This document shows, piece after piece, positions 8,972 to 19,678 of a DNA stretch of 48,336 nt. Each line of letters starts with the position of its first letter. The stretch's first letter is position 1. Under the pieces are notes generated by a model. The model had not been told where the DNA came from, made no database searches, and saw only the letters and a program-made list of their open reading frames with translations. The DNA is from Coriobacteriia bacterium (GTDB lineage Bacteria > Actinomycetota > Coriobacteriia > Anaerosomatales > PHET01). The translations under genes were made by a program, and so were the position numbers. The stretch lies in NCBI GenBank assembly GCA_038202795.1, contig JBBREQ010000003.1, positions 1 to 48,336 on the forward strand, given 5' to 3'.

Positions 8972-9101
8972 GCTCATCAAGAGGCAGCCTTCGTGGCTGC
9001 AGAGGGTCGAGGGACCGAGCCCGACGACACCCCGGCAACCGACGCAGATAGCAGGCGCACGGTGCCACTTCTCGGCAGGCGAACGTGTCTGGAAGATGAG
9101 G
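8972..9101 (+). promoter_or_regulatory. SAM-I (S-box) riboswitch with an extra inserted hairpin
   Basis: P1 CUCAUC/GAUGAG; AUCAAGAG; GAGGGA...CCC-GACGA kink-turn; GGCAACC...GGUGCC P3; pseudoknot CCGAG/CUCGG; P4 CAGGC/GUCUG. Lies upstream of metK. Confidence 0.92.
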
Positions 9102-9140
9102 GAACAGCTTTCGCGTGCTTCCGATAGCCTCGCGAGGTGA

Positions 9141-9170
9141 AGCCCCTGTCTGGTCAGGCGGGGGCCTTTT
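9141..9170 (+). terminator. Terminator of the SAM riboswitch expression platform
   Basis: GCCCCTGTCTG-GT-CAGGCGGGGGC followed by CTTTT, between the aptamer and the metK RBS. Confidence 0.65.
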
Positions 9171-9226
9171 GCTGCCCCGCTTACGGATGTGCGGCCCCAG
9201 CGCGGGACCGCCAAGAAGGAGGATAC

Positions 9227-10465
<1,239 letters not shown>

Positions 10466-10566
10466 CCAGGGCTCGAGCCGCGTTGAGGGCCACCGGTGTC
10501 GTCCGCGATGTCGGTGGCCTTCGCTATGCTGTGGGCACTACAGGGGACCGTGCAGAGAGGATCGCC

Positions 10567-12801
10567 GTGGCGCATGTCGCGCACGTCATTGTTGACGTGC
10601 CCGCCAAAGAGATCGACACGCACTTCGATTACTCCGTACCCGAGGGTATGGTCGGTGTCGAAGTGGGCGCGTGCGTGCTTGTCGACTTCTCGAATCGCCC
10701 GGTCGTCGGCTACGTCGTCGGTCGTGCTGAAGGTAGCGCCTACGAGCAGCTCAAGCCGCTACGGGCCGTGCTCAGCGCACCGTACTTCGATGAGTCGGCC
10801 GTCGAGGTTGCTCGATGGATCGCGCGCACGTATCTGAGCCCCCTGTCTGAGGCCATCAGGCTGTTCACGCCTCCCGGCGGGACCCCTCGCGCGGTTCGGG
10901 GCACCGGTGACGATGCGTGGGTGTTGCGCCGTGCAGGGGCCGGTCCGGTCGACGATCGCTGGGTCTTTCTCGGGCCTGCGGCGGGGAAGTTCGCGCCCCG
11001 GGCCAACGCCACCTTGCAGCGCGCTCTTCTAGACGCTCTTGCTGCGGGGCCGGTGCGTGTTGCCGAGCTTGCGGCCGATCTTGGTGGCGTCGACGGTGCG
11101 CTCAAGACCCTCGAGTCCGCAGGAGCGGTGGTCATCGAGCGCAGGCGCCGGCATCGCGACGCTGTCGTAGGCGAGCGACCCGCTCCCCGGCATGCCAGAC
11201 TCAGTGGGGGGCAGTCTGATGCGCTGGCCGCGATTCGCACTGCGGTGAGAGGCGGCGGCATCGTGCTGCTCGACGGCGTCACCGGCTCGGGGAAGACCGA
11301 GGTGTACCTGAGGGCGATAGAAGATGCCCTCGAGCTCGGCGGTACGGCATGTGTACTCGTACCCGAGATCTCGCTGACCCCGCAGACGGTCGGACGATTC
11401 CGCTCACGCTTCGGTGATGACGTGGCCGTGCTCCACTCGCGCCTATCGGTCGGCGAGCGCTACGACCAGTGGGATGCGGTCAGGAGCGGCGCCGCTCGCA
11501 TCGTTGTCGGTGCGCGTTCAGCGCTTTTCGCTCCGCTGCGCGATCTGAAGCTCATCGTGATCGACGAGGAACATGAGTTCTCCTACAAACAGGGGTCAGC
11601 TCCCCGGTATCACGCGCGCGACGTGGCGGCTCGTATGGTCGAGATCCACGGTGCCGCCCTCGTGCTGGGCAGCGCTACTCCCAGCATGGAGAGCCTGTAC
11701 AACTGTGAGACGGGTGATTGGACACGCGTGCCCATGCCCCAGCGGGTGACTGCCCGCTCACTACCACCGGTCCAAGTGGTGGACATGGGCGCCGAGTTCG
11801 CGGCGGGCCATCGTCTTATGTTCTCGCGTGCTCTCACCGAGGCGCTGCTGCGCACGCGCGATCAGAGTAGCAAGGCGGTACTCCTCCTCAACCGCCGAGG
11901 ATTCGCATCGTTTCTGCTGTGCCGTGAGTGCGGGTTCGTGCCTTCCTGTGACTCGTGTTCCACGTCACTGACCTACCACGAGGTGGGTACGCGTCTGATG
12001 TGCCACCACTGCGGAGCCACTCGCCCCATACCTGCCACGTGCCCCCGCTGCGACAGTCCCTACCTGCGGCAGTTCGGTGCGGGCACTCAGCGCGTGGAAA
12101 ATGAGCTGAAGTCGGTCGTCGGCGACTGGCCCGTCGTGCGGATGGATGCCGACACGACGCAAGGCAAAGGCGCCCACGAGCGGCTCCTCGCGTCGTTTGA
12201 AGCCCTAGGCAGCGGCGTGCTGCTGGGAACTCAGATGATCGCCAAAGGCCTGGACTACCCGGAGGTGACGCTCGTGGGGGTCATCTCGGCAGACGTTACC
12301 CTCAACATCCCTGACTTCCGGGCGGGCGAGCGGACCTACCAGCTGCTCGAACAGGTTGCCGGCCGGGCGGGACGAGGCGAGATCGAGGGCGAGGTGATCA
12401 TCCAGACCTACTGGCCCGATCACCCAGCGCTGTTAGCGGTAGCCAGCCATGACCCCCGGAGCTTCTACGAACAGGAGGCCTTGGAGCGCAAGAATCTTGG
12501 CTATCCACCGTATGGTCGGCTGGTCAACGTGCTGATCCGGGGACGCGACGGCACAGCAACCGCGCAAGTTTCCGAGAGGGTCGCGGGTGCCCTCAGCGAG
12601 GTGCTTCCCCCGGGGTGGGCGATCCTGGGCCCCAGTCCTTGTCCGCTTGCACGGGTCAAGGGTGTCTTTCGCTGGCACCTGTTGCTCAAGGCACCGCCGG
12701 GAGCCGATGCGTGGGAGCCGGTCGGGCAAGCCATCAGGGTGGTGGGTAAGGTGGCCGATGTTGTGGTGACGGCAGATGTCGACCCGGTGGACCTGCTCTG
12801 A
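10567..12801 (+). CDS. priA: Primosomal protein N' (replication restart helicase)
   Basis: GVTGSGKTEVY, DEEH, LGSATPS, Cys-rich Zn region and GTQMIAKGLD; GTG start after AGAGAGGA. Confidence 0.96.
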   Translation: MAHVAHVIVDVPAKEIDTHFDYSVPEGMVGVEVGACVLVDFSNRPVVGYVVGRAEGSAYEQLKPLRAVLSAPYFDESAVEVARWIARTYLSPLSEAIRLFTPPGGTPRAVRGTGDDAWVLRRAGAGPVDDRWVFLGPAAGKFAPRANATLQRALLDALAAGPVRVAELAADLGGVDGALKTLESAGAVVIERRRRHRDAVVGERPAPRHARLSGGQSDALAAIRTAVRGGGIVLLDGVTGSGKTEVYLRAIEDALELGGTACVLVPEISLTPQTVGRFRSRFGDDVAVLHSRLSVGERYDQWDAVRSGAARIVVGARSALFAPLRDLKLIVIDEEHEFSYKQGSAPRYHARDVAARMVEIHGAALVLGSATPSMESLYNCETGDWTRVPMPQRVTARSLPPVQVVDMGAEFAAGHRLMFSRALTEALLRTRDQSSKAVLLLNRRGFASFLLCRECGFVPSCDSCSTSLTYHEVGTRLMCHHCGATRPIPATCPRCDSPYLRQFGAGTQRVENELKSVVGDWPVVRMDADTTQGKGAHERLLASFEALGSGVLLGTQMIAKGLDYPEVTLVGVISADVTLNIPDFRAGERTYQLLEQVAGRAGRGEIEGEVIIQTYWPDHPALLAVASHDPRSFYEQEALERKNLGYPPYGRLVNVLIRGRDGTATAQVSERVAGALSEVLPPGWAILGPSPCPLARVKGVFRWHLLLKAPPGADAWEPVGQAIRVVGKVADVVVTADVDPVDLL

Positions 12802-12897
12802 GGTCAGCTGCTGCAGGCTGGTATGATGTGCAGTCGGGGCTAGTGGCTCGCGAGGTGCCTGATTCCGAGCTCCGTTGACGGTGAAAGTGAGTGGCAG

Positions 12898-13419
12898 ATG
12901 GACGTTCTAGCTCATCCCAATCCGGCGCTCGCTCAGGCGGCTGCCGAGGTTGACCCCCTGAACGACGCGACACTGCGCGACCTCGGCAAGCGCATGGCGC
13001 GCATAATGTACCGTTTCTCAGGCGTAGGGCTCGCGGCTACCCAGATCGGCGTGCTCAAACGCATCATCGTCTTCGACCTCAGTGACGATGGCTCGGGTCT
13101 GACGGCTCTTTGCAACCCGGTAATCGTGGAGCGGAGCGGGCAGTGCGGTGTAGATGACGAAGGCTGCCTTTCGGTTCCGGGCATCAGCGTTGCCGTGGAG
13201 CGGGCGTGCGAGGTCACAGTTGAGGCCCTGAGTCTGGATGGCACCCCCATTCGCATTGAGGCTGACGGGTTGATGGCCCGCATGCTCCAGCACGAGACCG
13301 ACCACCTCGACGGCAAGCTCATCATCGATTGTGTCGAGGGTCAGGATCGCAAGGACGCACTGCGCAAGTACCGTTTGGCTGTCGAGGCCGGTGCGCAGCC
13401 CGGCGAGACGAGCATCTGA
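12898..13419 (+). CDS. def: Peptide deformylase
   Basis: GVGLAATQIG, EGCLS and QHETDHLDG. Confidence 0.96.
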   Translation: MDVLAHPNPALAQAAAEVDPLNDATLRDLGKRMARIMYRFSGVGLAATQIGVLKRIIVFDLSDDGSGLTALCNPVIVERSGQCGVDDEGCLSVPGISVAVERACEVTVEALSLDGTPIRIEADGLMARMLQHETDHLDGKLIIDCVEGQDRKDALRKYRLAVEAGAQPGETSI

Positions 13420-13445
13420 TCCGCCGACACAGCAGGGGGAGGACC

Positions 13446-14369
13446 ATGCGCGTCGTCTTCATGGGGACTCCGGATTTCTCGGTGCCTGCGCTTCATGCAG
13501 TGCAGCAGTCTCACGATGTCGTGGGCGTGTTCACGCGGCCTGACGCGGTCTCGGGAAGGGGCTCGAAGCGACGTCCGAGCGCAGTGAAGCAGGCCGCGCT
13601 CGATCTGGGCCTGTCCGTCGACGAGCCCCTCACGCTCAGAGACCCCGCGGCAGTCGACCGGCTTCGCGATCTGGCCCCCGATGTCATCGTCGTGGCCGCC
13701 TACGGGGCGCTTCTGCCGCCGGATGTTCTGCGCATCCCGCAGCACGGATGCATCAACATCCATGCGTCACTGCTTCCTCGCTGGCGGGGTGCTGCTCCTA
13801 TCCAGTGGGCGATCCTTGAGGGAGACGCGCGGGCCGGCGTGTGTATCATGCGCATGGAAGAAGGGCTGGATACCGGTCCGTACTGCCGATGCGCGTCGGT
13901 CGAGGTGGGCGACAAGAACACAGCCGAGTTGTCCGTCGAGCTCGCAGAGTTGGGTGCGCGTGAGCTGGCTGAGGGCTTGTGCGCTCTCGAAGACGGGACG
14001 TGCAGTTGGGTTGAGCAAGAAGACGAGTGCGCAACGTATGCGCGCAAGCTCGTGAAGGCTGACGTTGCCCTGGCACCCGCGCTGAGCGTCGGCGAGGCGC
14101 TGCGGAGGGTTCGTGCATCGAGTGCGCAGGCACCCGCGCGCGCGATGGTGGCTGGCAAAGGAGTGGCACTCACCCGGGCGCAAGCCTCGGTGCGTGACGC
14201 GCTCCCGGGCTCGGTGTCCTCGGATCGCACGGGACTGTTTCTGGGGTTCTCGGATGGCGCGCTGAGTGCACTGAGGGTTCGACCGGATGGGAAATCAGAG
14301 ATGGCAGGAGCCGACTGGGCTCGTGGCCTGCGCCTTGAGGGCGAGATATGTTGGGAAGGCGCATCATGA
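13446..14369 (+). CDS. fmt: Methionyl-tRNA formyltransferase
   Basis: MRVVFMGTPDFS and NIHASLLPRWRGAAPIQ; RBS GGGGGAGG. Confidence 0.96.
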   Translation: MRVVFMGTPDFSVPALHAVQQSHDVVGVFTRPDAVSGRGSKRRPSAVKQAALDLGLSVDEPLTLRDPAAVDRLRDLAPDVIVVAAYGALLPPDVLRIPQHGCINIHASLLPRWRGAAPIQWAILEGDARAGVCIMRMEEGLDTGPYCRCASVEVGDKNTAELSVELAELGARELAEGLCALEDGTCSWVEQEDECATYARKLVKADVALAPALSVGEALRRVRASSAQAPARAMVAGKGVALTRAQASVRDALPGSVSSDRTGLFLGFSDGALSALRVRPDGKSEMAGADWARGLRLEGEICWEGAS

Positions 14370-15736
14370 AAGTGAACCCCGCTCGTGGATTGGCGTTGGG
14401 AGTTGTCAGTCGCGTACGTGAACGGGAGGCATACGCTCATGAGACACTCGATGCGGCACTGTCGCGGGCTAAACTCAGCCCGCGCGATGCGGCATATGCC
14501 ACCCGTTTGGCCTACGGTACTGTCGCGTGCCGGGGGACTCTCGATGAAGTGGTCGCTCGGTACGTGACCGGCTCGTCGTTGGAACCACAGCTCTCGGATG
14601 CGCTGGCGTTGTCGACGTATGAGATCCTGTTCACGCGCACGCCGTCGCGCGCTGCGGTGAGTGAGGGCGTGGAGCTGGTGCGCTCCCTGCAGCCTCGCGC
14701 CGCAGGACTCGCCAACGCAGTGCTACGGAGGGTCGCAGAGGCGGCGGTTGACTTCCCGTGGGGCGATTCCAGCACCGATGTGGCCGCACTCGCTCGACTG
14801 CACGGTCACCCGTTGTGGATCGCTCAGCTGTGGGTCGAGGAGCTGGGTTTCGAGACCGCAGCTCAAGTGATGGCCGCGGACAACGAGCCAGCTCCGCTCT
14901 TTCTGGCGCACCTGCCGTTCGAAGCCGCGTTCGAGGCGGTACTCGACACGCTCGGCCTTGACGGCGCGCAACCCTCCGAGTGCCCGATCCCCGGTTGCAT
15001 CCGGGCGGATGTGGCAGCGGCCGCAGTCAAGTCGCTCACGCTGCAGAACCATCAGGTGCTGGTGGCCGATGCCGGTGCGCAGTTCGCGGCACAGGTGGTC
15101 CATGCCGCCCCGTCGCAGAGAATCGTGGAGTTGGGGGCCGGGCGCGGAACGAAGTCGCTGCTCTTGGCCGGTGCGGCCTATCTCGCAGGAGGCGTCGCCG
15201 AGATCATCGCGGTCGACACGCATGCGTTCAAGCTCGAGTCGCTGCTCGCGATCGCCGAGAAGACCGGCGCGAAAGGCATCTCGGTTGTCGTTGCGGATGC
15301 GACCGAAAGCACTGCTTCGGGCCTGCCGGCTCACGCCAGTGCTGACACTGTTCTGGTGGACGCCCCTTGCTCCGGTCTGGGCACACTGCGCCGTCACCCG
15401 GACCGGCGTTGGCGTGCACGCCCGGACGATATCGGTACGCTTGCGTCTCTTGGAACCAAGCTGCTTGACACCGCTGCCGTGCTTGTTAAGCCCGGAGGTT
15501 TCGTGGTGTACTCGACGTGTACCATCGCCCAGCATGAGAACGCCCACGTGATTGATGCGTTTCTCAAGTCTGAGCAGGGTGAAGGGTTCACGGTTGACCC
15601 GCTTGATGCCGATGTTCCCGAGCAGTGGCGCCGGTCCTCGACTCCGCAGGGGTACTTCCAGTCACTGCCCGAAAAGGGTGGAGCCGACGGGCACTTCGTC
15701 GCCCGTCTGAAGCGTGGGAGTCAGCACGGGCAGTAG
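14366..15736 (+). CDS. rsmB: 16S rRNA m5C967 methyltransferase (Sun/RsmB) with NusB-like N-terminal domain
   Basis: N-terminal NusB-like domain, [11 protein letters not shown] and VYSTCT; ATGA overlap with fmt. Confidence 0.9.
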   Translation: MKVNPARGLALGVVSRVREREAYAHETLDAALSRAKLSPRDAAYATRLAYGTVACRGTLDEVVARYVTGSSLEPQLSDALALSTYEILFTRTPSRAAVSEGVELVRSLQPRAAGLANAVLRRVAEAAVDFPWGDSSTDVAALARLHGHPLWIAQLWVEELGFETAAQVMAADNEPAPLFLAHLPFEAAFEAVLDTLGLDGAQPSECPIPGCIRADVAAAAVKSLTLQNHQVLVADAGAQFAAQVVHAAPSQRIVELGAGRGTKSLLLAGAAYLAGGVAEIIAVDTHAFKLESLLAIAEKTGAKGISVVVADATESTASGLPAHASADTVLVDAPCSGLGTLRRHPDRRWRARPDDIGTLASLGTKLLDTAAVLVKPGGFVVYSTCTIAQHENAHVIDAFLKSEQGEGFTVDPLDADVPEQWRRSSTPQGYFQSLPEKGGADGHFVARLKRGSQHGQ

Positions 15737-15764
15737 CGCTCGTGCGACAGAGGAAGGGGTGAGC

Positions 15765-16730
15765 GTGCGTAGTACACGTATCGTTGAGATGCTCGAGGTC
15801 ACAGAGGCTGCAGCGCTTGCCGCTGGACGCTGGATGGGCAAGGGCGACAAGAATGCGGCCGACGATGCTGCGGTCGAAGGAATGCGCAGCGCGTTTAACG
15901 ATGTCGAGATCGACGGCACCATCGTCATCGGCGAGGGCGAACGTGATGAAGCGCCCATGCTGTTCATCGGCGAGAAGGTTGGGCGGGGCGGCGAGCCGAT
16001 CGACATCGCGGTCGATCCGCTTGAGGGGACGAATCTCACCGCATATGGTCAGTCGAACTCCCTTGCGGTGCTCGCATTCGGCCCCAAAGGTACCTTGCTG
16101 CATGCGCCTGACACGTACATGAAGAAGGTCGCGGTTGGACCCAGCGCCGCCGATGCGGTGCACATCGACGCGTCGCCCACCGAGAATGTCCGCAACGTCG
16201 CCAAAGCCCTCAAGCGCGATGTGGAGGACCTGGTGGTCTGCATTCTTGAGCGGGACCGCCACGTCGATCTCATCAGAGAGGTCCGTGAGGCGGGTGCGCG
16301 CATCCGCCTCATAAGCGACGGAGATGTGTTCGGTGCGGTGGCCACTGCTATCGAGGGAACGGGCATCCACCTTTATCTCGGCACCGGCGCGGCCCCCGAG
16401 GGGGTTCTCGCGTGTACTGCGATGAAATGCCTGGGTGGTTGCTTCATGGGTCGTTTCGAGTGGCGCAGCCCTGAGGAGAGGGCCCGAGCGGTAGAGATGG
16501 GAACCTGTGAGATCGACGGGATTCTCACAATGGACTGTCTGGTGAACACGGATGAAGCGGCCTTCATAGCGACCGGGGTCACGGACGGCGAGATGCTGCG
16601 CGGCGTGAAGTACTTCGGCAGCGGTGCTCGTACCAACTCCGTTGCGATGGATGCGAAATCCAAGACGGTGCGTTTCATCGACACGATCTATCGTACGGGC
16701 GATGAGCAGTTCTGGATTCGAAAGGACTAG
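15765..16730 (+). CDS. glpX: Fructose-1,6-bisphosphatase class II
   Basis: [37 protein letters not shown] and ATGVTDG. Confidence 0.96.
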   Translation: MRSTRIVEMLEVTEAAALAAGRWMGKGDKNAADDAAVEGMRSAFNDVEIDGTIVIGEGERDEAPMLFIGEKVGRGGEPIDIAVDPLEGTNLTAYGQSNSLAVLAFGPKGTLLHAPDTYMKKVAVGPSAADAVHIDASPTENVRNVAKALKRDVEDLVVCILERDRHVDLIREVREAGARIRLISDGDVFGAVATAIEGTGIHLYLGTGAAPEGVLACTAMKCLGGCFMGRFEWRSPEERARAVEMGTCEIDGILTMDCLVNTDEAAFIATGVTDGEMLRGVKYFGSGARTNSVAMDAKSKTVRFIDTIYRTGDEQFWIRKD

Positions 16731-16789
16731 CACGTCGCGTCACAGGTGTATCGCGCGCGTCCTGCCCCGCCTAGGCACAGCGCGTACTA

Positions 16790-16818
16790 CGAAGGCCCCG
16801 GATTCCCCGGGGCCTTCG
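16790..16818. terminator. Hairpin between convergent glpX and the FmdB-family gene
   Basis: Perfect 12-bp stem CGAAGGCCCCGG-ATTCC-CCGGGGCCTTCG. Confidence 0.7.
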
Positions 16819-16868
16819 ATGTCTTCTCGGAAATGCTGGGTCCGCTATCAAGCGGACGGGCAGCTGGC

Positions 16869-17099
16869 TCAAGAGGGAGAGGCGGTTGTCGCACAAGGAG
16901 CCGCAGACGGCTCGGAAGGCTGCGTGCGGTAGTCCGTATTGTGGAAGCCGGAACCCTTGAAGGCCACGCCAACAGGGGTGAAGACGCGTTTCGCGTTCGC
17001 GCCACAATCGGGGCAGGACTCCTCGGTGATCGAACCCATGGGCCGGGTTATCACGAATCGTGCGTCGCACGCGGTGCAACGGTAGTTGTAAGACGGCAT
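16869..17099 (-). CDS. FmdB-family zinc-ribbon protein (CxxC...CxxC)
   Basis: MPSYNYRCTAC...CPDCG...VGVAFKGSGFHNTDY matches the MP.Y.Y.C..C / FKGSGFY.TD family signature. Confidence 0.88.
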   Translation of the reverse strand: MPSYNYRCTACDARFVITRPMGSITEESCPDCGANAKRVFTPVGVAFKGSGFHNTDYRTQPSEPSAAPCATTASPS

Positions 17100-17229
17100 G
17101 AAGTGGACGGCCCTTCTCGCTATCGAATTGAATCCCGTGACGGCGGACAAGCAGGATACCTGCCATCGCGCTTCGTCGCAACGACACGGCAGCATCGGGC
17201 GCCGGTGGGATAGGTATACTGGTGTCCTT

Positions 17230-18462
17230 ATGACTGATGAAACCACACCAAAGCCGCCCGAAGCCGACGCCGATTGGTTCGCTGAGCTCTCTGACTCGGC
17301 ACTGGGACCTGCGGGGCCGACACCTGAGAAGGCGGAGCCGCTTCAAGACGACGCATTCGAGGGTGCTGCCTACCTGCCGCCGCTCGACCGCGATCGTCCG
17401 CCCCGCACGCCCCTCGTGCCCCGGTGGGCGCTGATCGCTCTGATCTCCGCTGTTGCCGCAGTCGTCGTGATCGTCGCCATCTCGCTGGTCGTTGGTTCGG
17501 TCAGACGAGTGATTGTGCCCGACGTAGTCGGGGCCACCATGACCCAGGCGAGCTCTACTCTGGCGGGCGCTGGGTTGGTCGGTCAGGTCAGCGAACGCCG
17601 CTTCTCCCCCGAACCCGACGGCACGGTGCTGGAGCAAGACCCTGCGGCTGGCGCAGAACTGAGCAAGGGCGATGAGGTGTCTCTCGTCGTCTCGGCGGGC
17701 ACGGAGGACTTCTCCATGCCCGATGTCATCGGGGAGCCGGTTTCGTCTGCAAGCGCCACACTGGCCGAGAAGGGACTCGTTGTCAGCGTGGAGACACTCG
17801 TCTCTGATGCACCGAGCGACACGGTTCTGGCCTCGACGCCCGGACCGGGCTCGCTCGTTCGCACGGGTGATCGCGTTATCTTGCAGGCTGCAGCCTCCAC
17901 GGTGCGGGGTGTTGTCCTGCAGCCTTACAGCCTGACCGGCGTCGCGGTCACTGTCGATGCTGCTCCGCCCACTGCTGGCAGTCCGGACGTCGCTCTTGAG
18001 GTCGCACGGCGGGTCGGTGCGCTTCTCGAAGCATCGGGGGCGTCGGTGACGATGCTCAGATCCACGGCCGACAGCTCCACCACGGAGGCGGAACGTGCGA
18101 AGGAGGCGGCGGAGGCCACGTCGACTCTGGCGATCGGATTCGGGTTGAGCGCTGTCTCGACCGCCGGTCGGGTTGTGCAATCGCCGTCTCAGGGCACGGC
18201 TCAAGCGATCGCGTCGGCGTCATTGCTCTCTTCGGCGGTGACTTCGGAGCTCGTGGGCGTCGCACCGCCCACATCTGCGGTATCCTCCCCGTCAGACCCC
18301 GTGCTCAGTGCATCCCGCTCGGGATGGGTTCGTGTGCTCTTGGGTTCACCTATCGCCCGAGAAGACCAGGCGCTCTTCGCCGATCCCAACTGGGCGGACA
18401 AGGTCGCTCGCGCCGTCTACACGGCTGTCGGCCGCACCTATGGTGTCGTGGAACAGCCGTGA
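17230..18462 (+). CDS. Membrane protein: TM helix, two PASTA domains and a degenerate N-acetylmuramoyl-L-alanine amidase (Amidase_3-like) domain
   Basis: Hydrophobic helix WALIALISAVAAVVVIVAISLVV. PASTA motifs VPDVVG...GTVLEQDP and MPDVIG...TVLASTPGPG. C-terminal LEASGASVTMLRS...ERAKEA...A.AVY amidase-fold pattern without metal ligands. Confidence 0.75.
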   Translation: MTDETTPKPPEADADWFAELSDSALGPAGPTPEKAEPLQDDAFEGAAYLPPLDRDRPPRTPLVPRWALIALISAVAAVVVIVAISLVVGSVRRVIVPDVVGATMTQASSTLAGAGLVGQVSERRFSPEPDGTVLEQDPAAGAELSKGDEVSLVVSAGTEDFSMPDVIGEPVSSASATLAEKGLVVSVETLVSDAPSDTVLASTPGPGSLVRTGDRVILQAAASTVRGVVLQPYSLTGVAVTVDAAPPTAGSPDVALEVARRVGALLEASGASVTMLRSTADSSTTEAERAKEAAEATSTLAIGFGLSAVSTAGRVVQSPSQGTAQAIASASLLSSAVTSELVGVAPPTSAVSSPSDPVLSASRSGWVRVLLGSPIAREDQALFADPNWADKVARAVYTAVGRTYGVVEQP

Positions 18463-19466
18463 GGTGGCGCTCCTTTACGGTAGCGGCCTGTGCTCTGGCG
18501 CTGGCGCTGAGCGTTCCTACTGGTGCGTCCGCCGCTTCCCAGGCGCAGCTCAAAGCGCGACTCGACGCGCTGAACCAGCAGGCGGCTGCCGCGGGTAAGC
18601 GATACTCCAACGCCTACTGGCAGCTAGATGAGGCGGACGTCAAGCTATCGCGCACGAATCGTAAGATCAAGAAGACCCGCAAACAGCTGACTGCGGCGCG
18701 CAAACGGCTGAACAACCACGCCAACGCCATCTATCGCCGAGAGAATCTCGACGCGCTGACGTTTCTCGTGGGTGCGCGGACCTTCCAGGATCTAGTCACG
18801 CGAATGGACTATTTCAGCCGCATCGGCGTTACCGATGCCGAGGCGGTCACTCAAGTCGAGCAGCTCAACAAGCGACTTCTTGTTCAGCGCACACAGCTCA
18901 AGGATGAGCGGGCGGTGCGGACCAAGGACGTCAGGAGGCTGCGTGGTGAGCGTGACAGGCTTCAGGCCAGACTCAGATCAACATCAGATGAGTATCGTCG
19001 GGTGCGCGCTCAGTTGGACGCGCAGCGCTCGGGAGGCCGCCTTCCTGCGGGCGTGAGAGCCGCACCGGGGCCAAATGGCATGGTGTTCCCGGTTGCGGGG
19101 GCAAACTACTACTCCAACACGTGGGGCGCTTCGCGCTCGGGAGGGCGCAGGCGGCACCAGGGCACGGACATAATGGCCCGACGGGGAACTCCCGTTGTGG
19201 CCGTGCTGTCAGGGCGCGTTCGCGCGTCGAACAACGGGCTCGGTGGTCGAACGCTCTGGGTTACTGCTGACAACGGATGGGGCTTTTATTACGCGCACCT
19301 CGATCGACAGATCGTGCGTTCGGGGCGCGTGAAGGCAGGACAGGTCATCGGGACGGTGGGGTCGACGGGTAACGCTCAGGGCGGCTCGCCCCATCTGCAT
19401 TTCCAGATACACCCTCGCGGCGGGGGACCGGTCAACCCCTACACGTATCTGAGGTCGATGGAATGA
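18459..19466 (+). CDS. Secreted coiled-coil (CwlO/EnvC-like) M23 (LytM) peptidoglycan endopeptidase
   Basis: Signal peptide, long basic coiled coil, RRHQGTDI, YYAHLD, GQVIGTVGSTGNA and PHLHF; GTGA overlap with the upstream gene. Confidence 0.9.
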   Translation: MRWRSFTVAACALALALSVPTGASAASQAQLKARLDALNQQAAAAGKRYSNAYWQLDEADVKLSRTNRKIKKTRKQLTAARKRLNNHANAIYRRENLDALTFLVGARTFQDLVTRMDYFSRIGVTDAEAVTQVEQLNKRLLVQRTQLKDERAVRTKDVRRLRGERDRLQARLRSTSDEYRRVRAQLDAQRSGGRLPAGVRAAPGPNGMVFPVAGANYYSNTWGASRSGGRRRHQGTDIMARRGTPVVAVLSGRVRASNNGLGGRTLWVTADNGWGFYYAHLDRQIVRSGRVKAGQVIGTVGSTGNAQGGSPHLHFQIHPRGGGPVNPYTYLRSME

Positions 19467-19485
19467 CGTGTGCCGCGCATCGCTG

Positions 19486-19494
19486 TGGTAGAGT
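19486..19494 (+). promoter_or_regulatory. Extended -10 promoter for the riboswitch-thiT-thiN leader
   Basis: TG-G-TAGAGT about 19 nt upstream of the aptamer. Confidence 0.45.
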
Positions 19495-19512
19495 CGTCCA
19501 CGTTCTGATTCC

Positions 19513-19597
19513 CGTGTCGGGAGCTGCTGCAGGCGGCTGAGAGGCGGTTTGACCGCGACCGAGAAGACGGCCCTGGTAATGCAGGGTTCGCACCACG
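19513..19597 (+). promoter_or_regulatory. TPP-class (thi-box) riboswitch variant
   Basis: P1 CGUG/CACG; P2 UCGG/CCGA; GGGAGC; P3 GCUGC/GCGGC; CUGAGAG; P3a GCGG/CCGC; P5 CCCUG-GUAAUG-CAGGG. Upstream of thiT-thiN. CCUGAU and GCGnAGGGA are absent. Confidence 0.8.
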
Positions 19598-19634
19598 ACC
19601 CGCGCTCACGCTCGGGGCGCCTGCCTTGCATCTC

Positions 19635-19671
19635 CCTCGTTTGTCGGGTCGAGCGATCCGAGAAAGCGAGG
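19635..19671 (+). promoter_or_regulatory. SD-sequestering hairpin (translational expression platform) for thiT
   Basis: CCUCGUUU/AAGCGAGG and UCGGGUC/GAUCCGA stems bury GAGG 7 nt before GTG 19679. CGACCCG (19596-19602, overlapping P1) could pair instead with CGGGUCG (19645-19651). Confidence 0.6.
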
Positions 19672-19678
19672 TACAACT

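Noticed and set aside
16771-18204. 477-aa minus-strand ORF, and similar long antisense ORFs at 9344-10381, 15588-16733 and 32551-33762
   Set aside because: Arg/His-rich, motif-free translations opposite well-supported genes; typical of GC-rich antisense frames.
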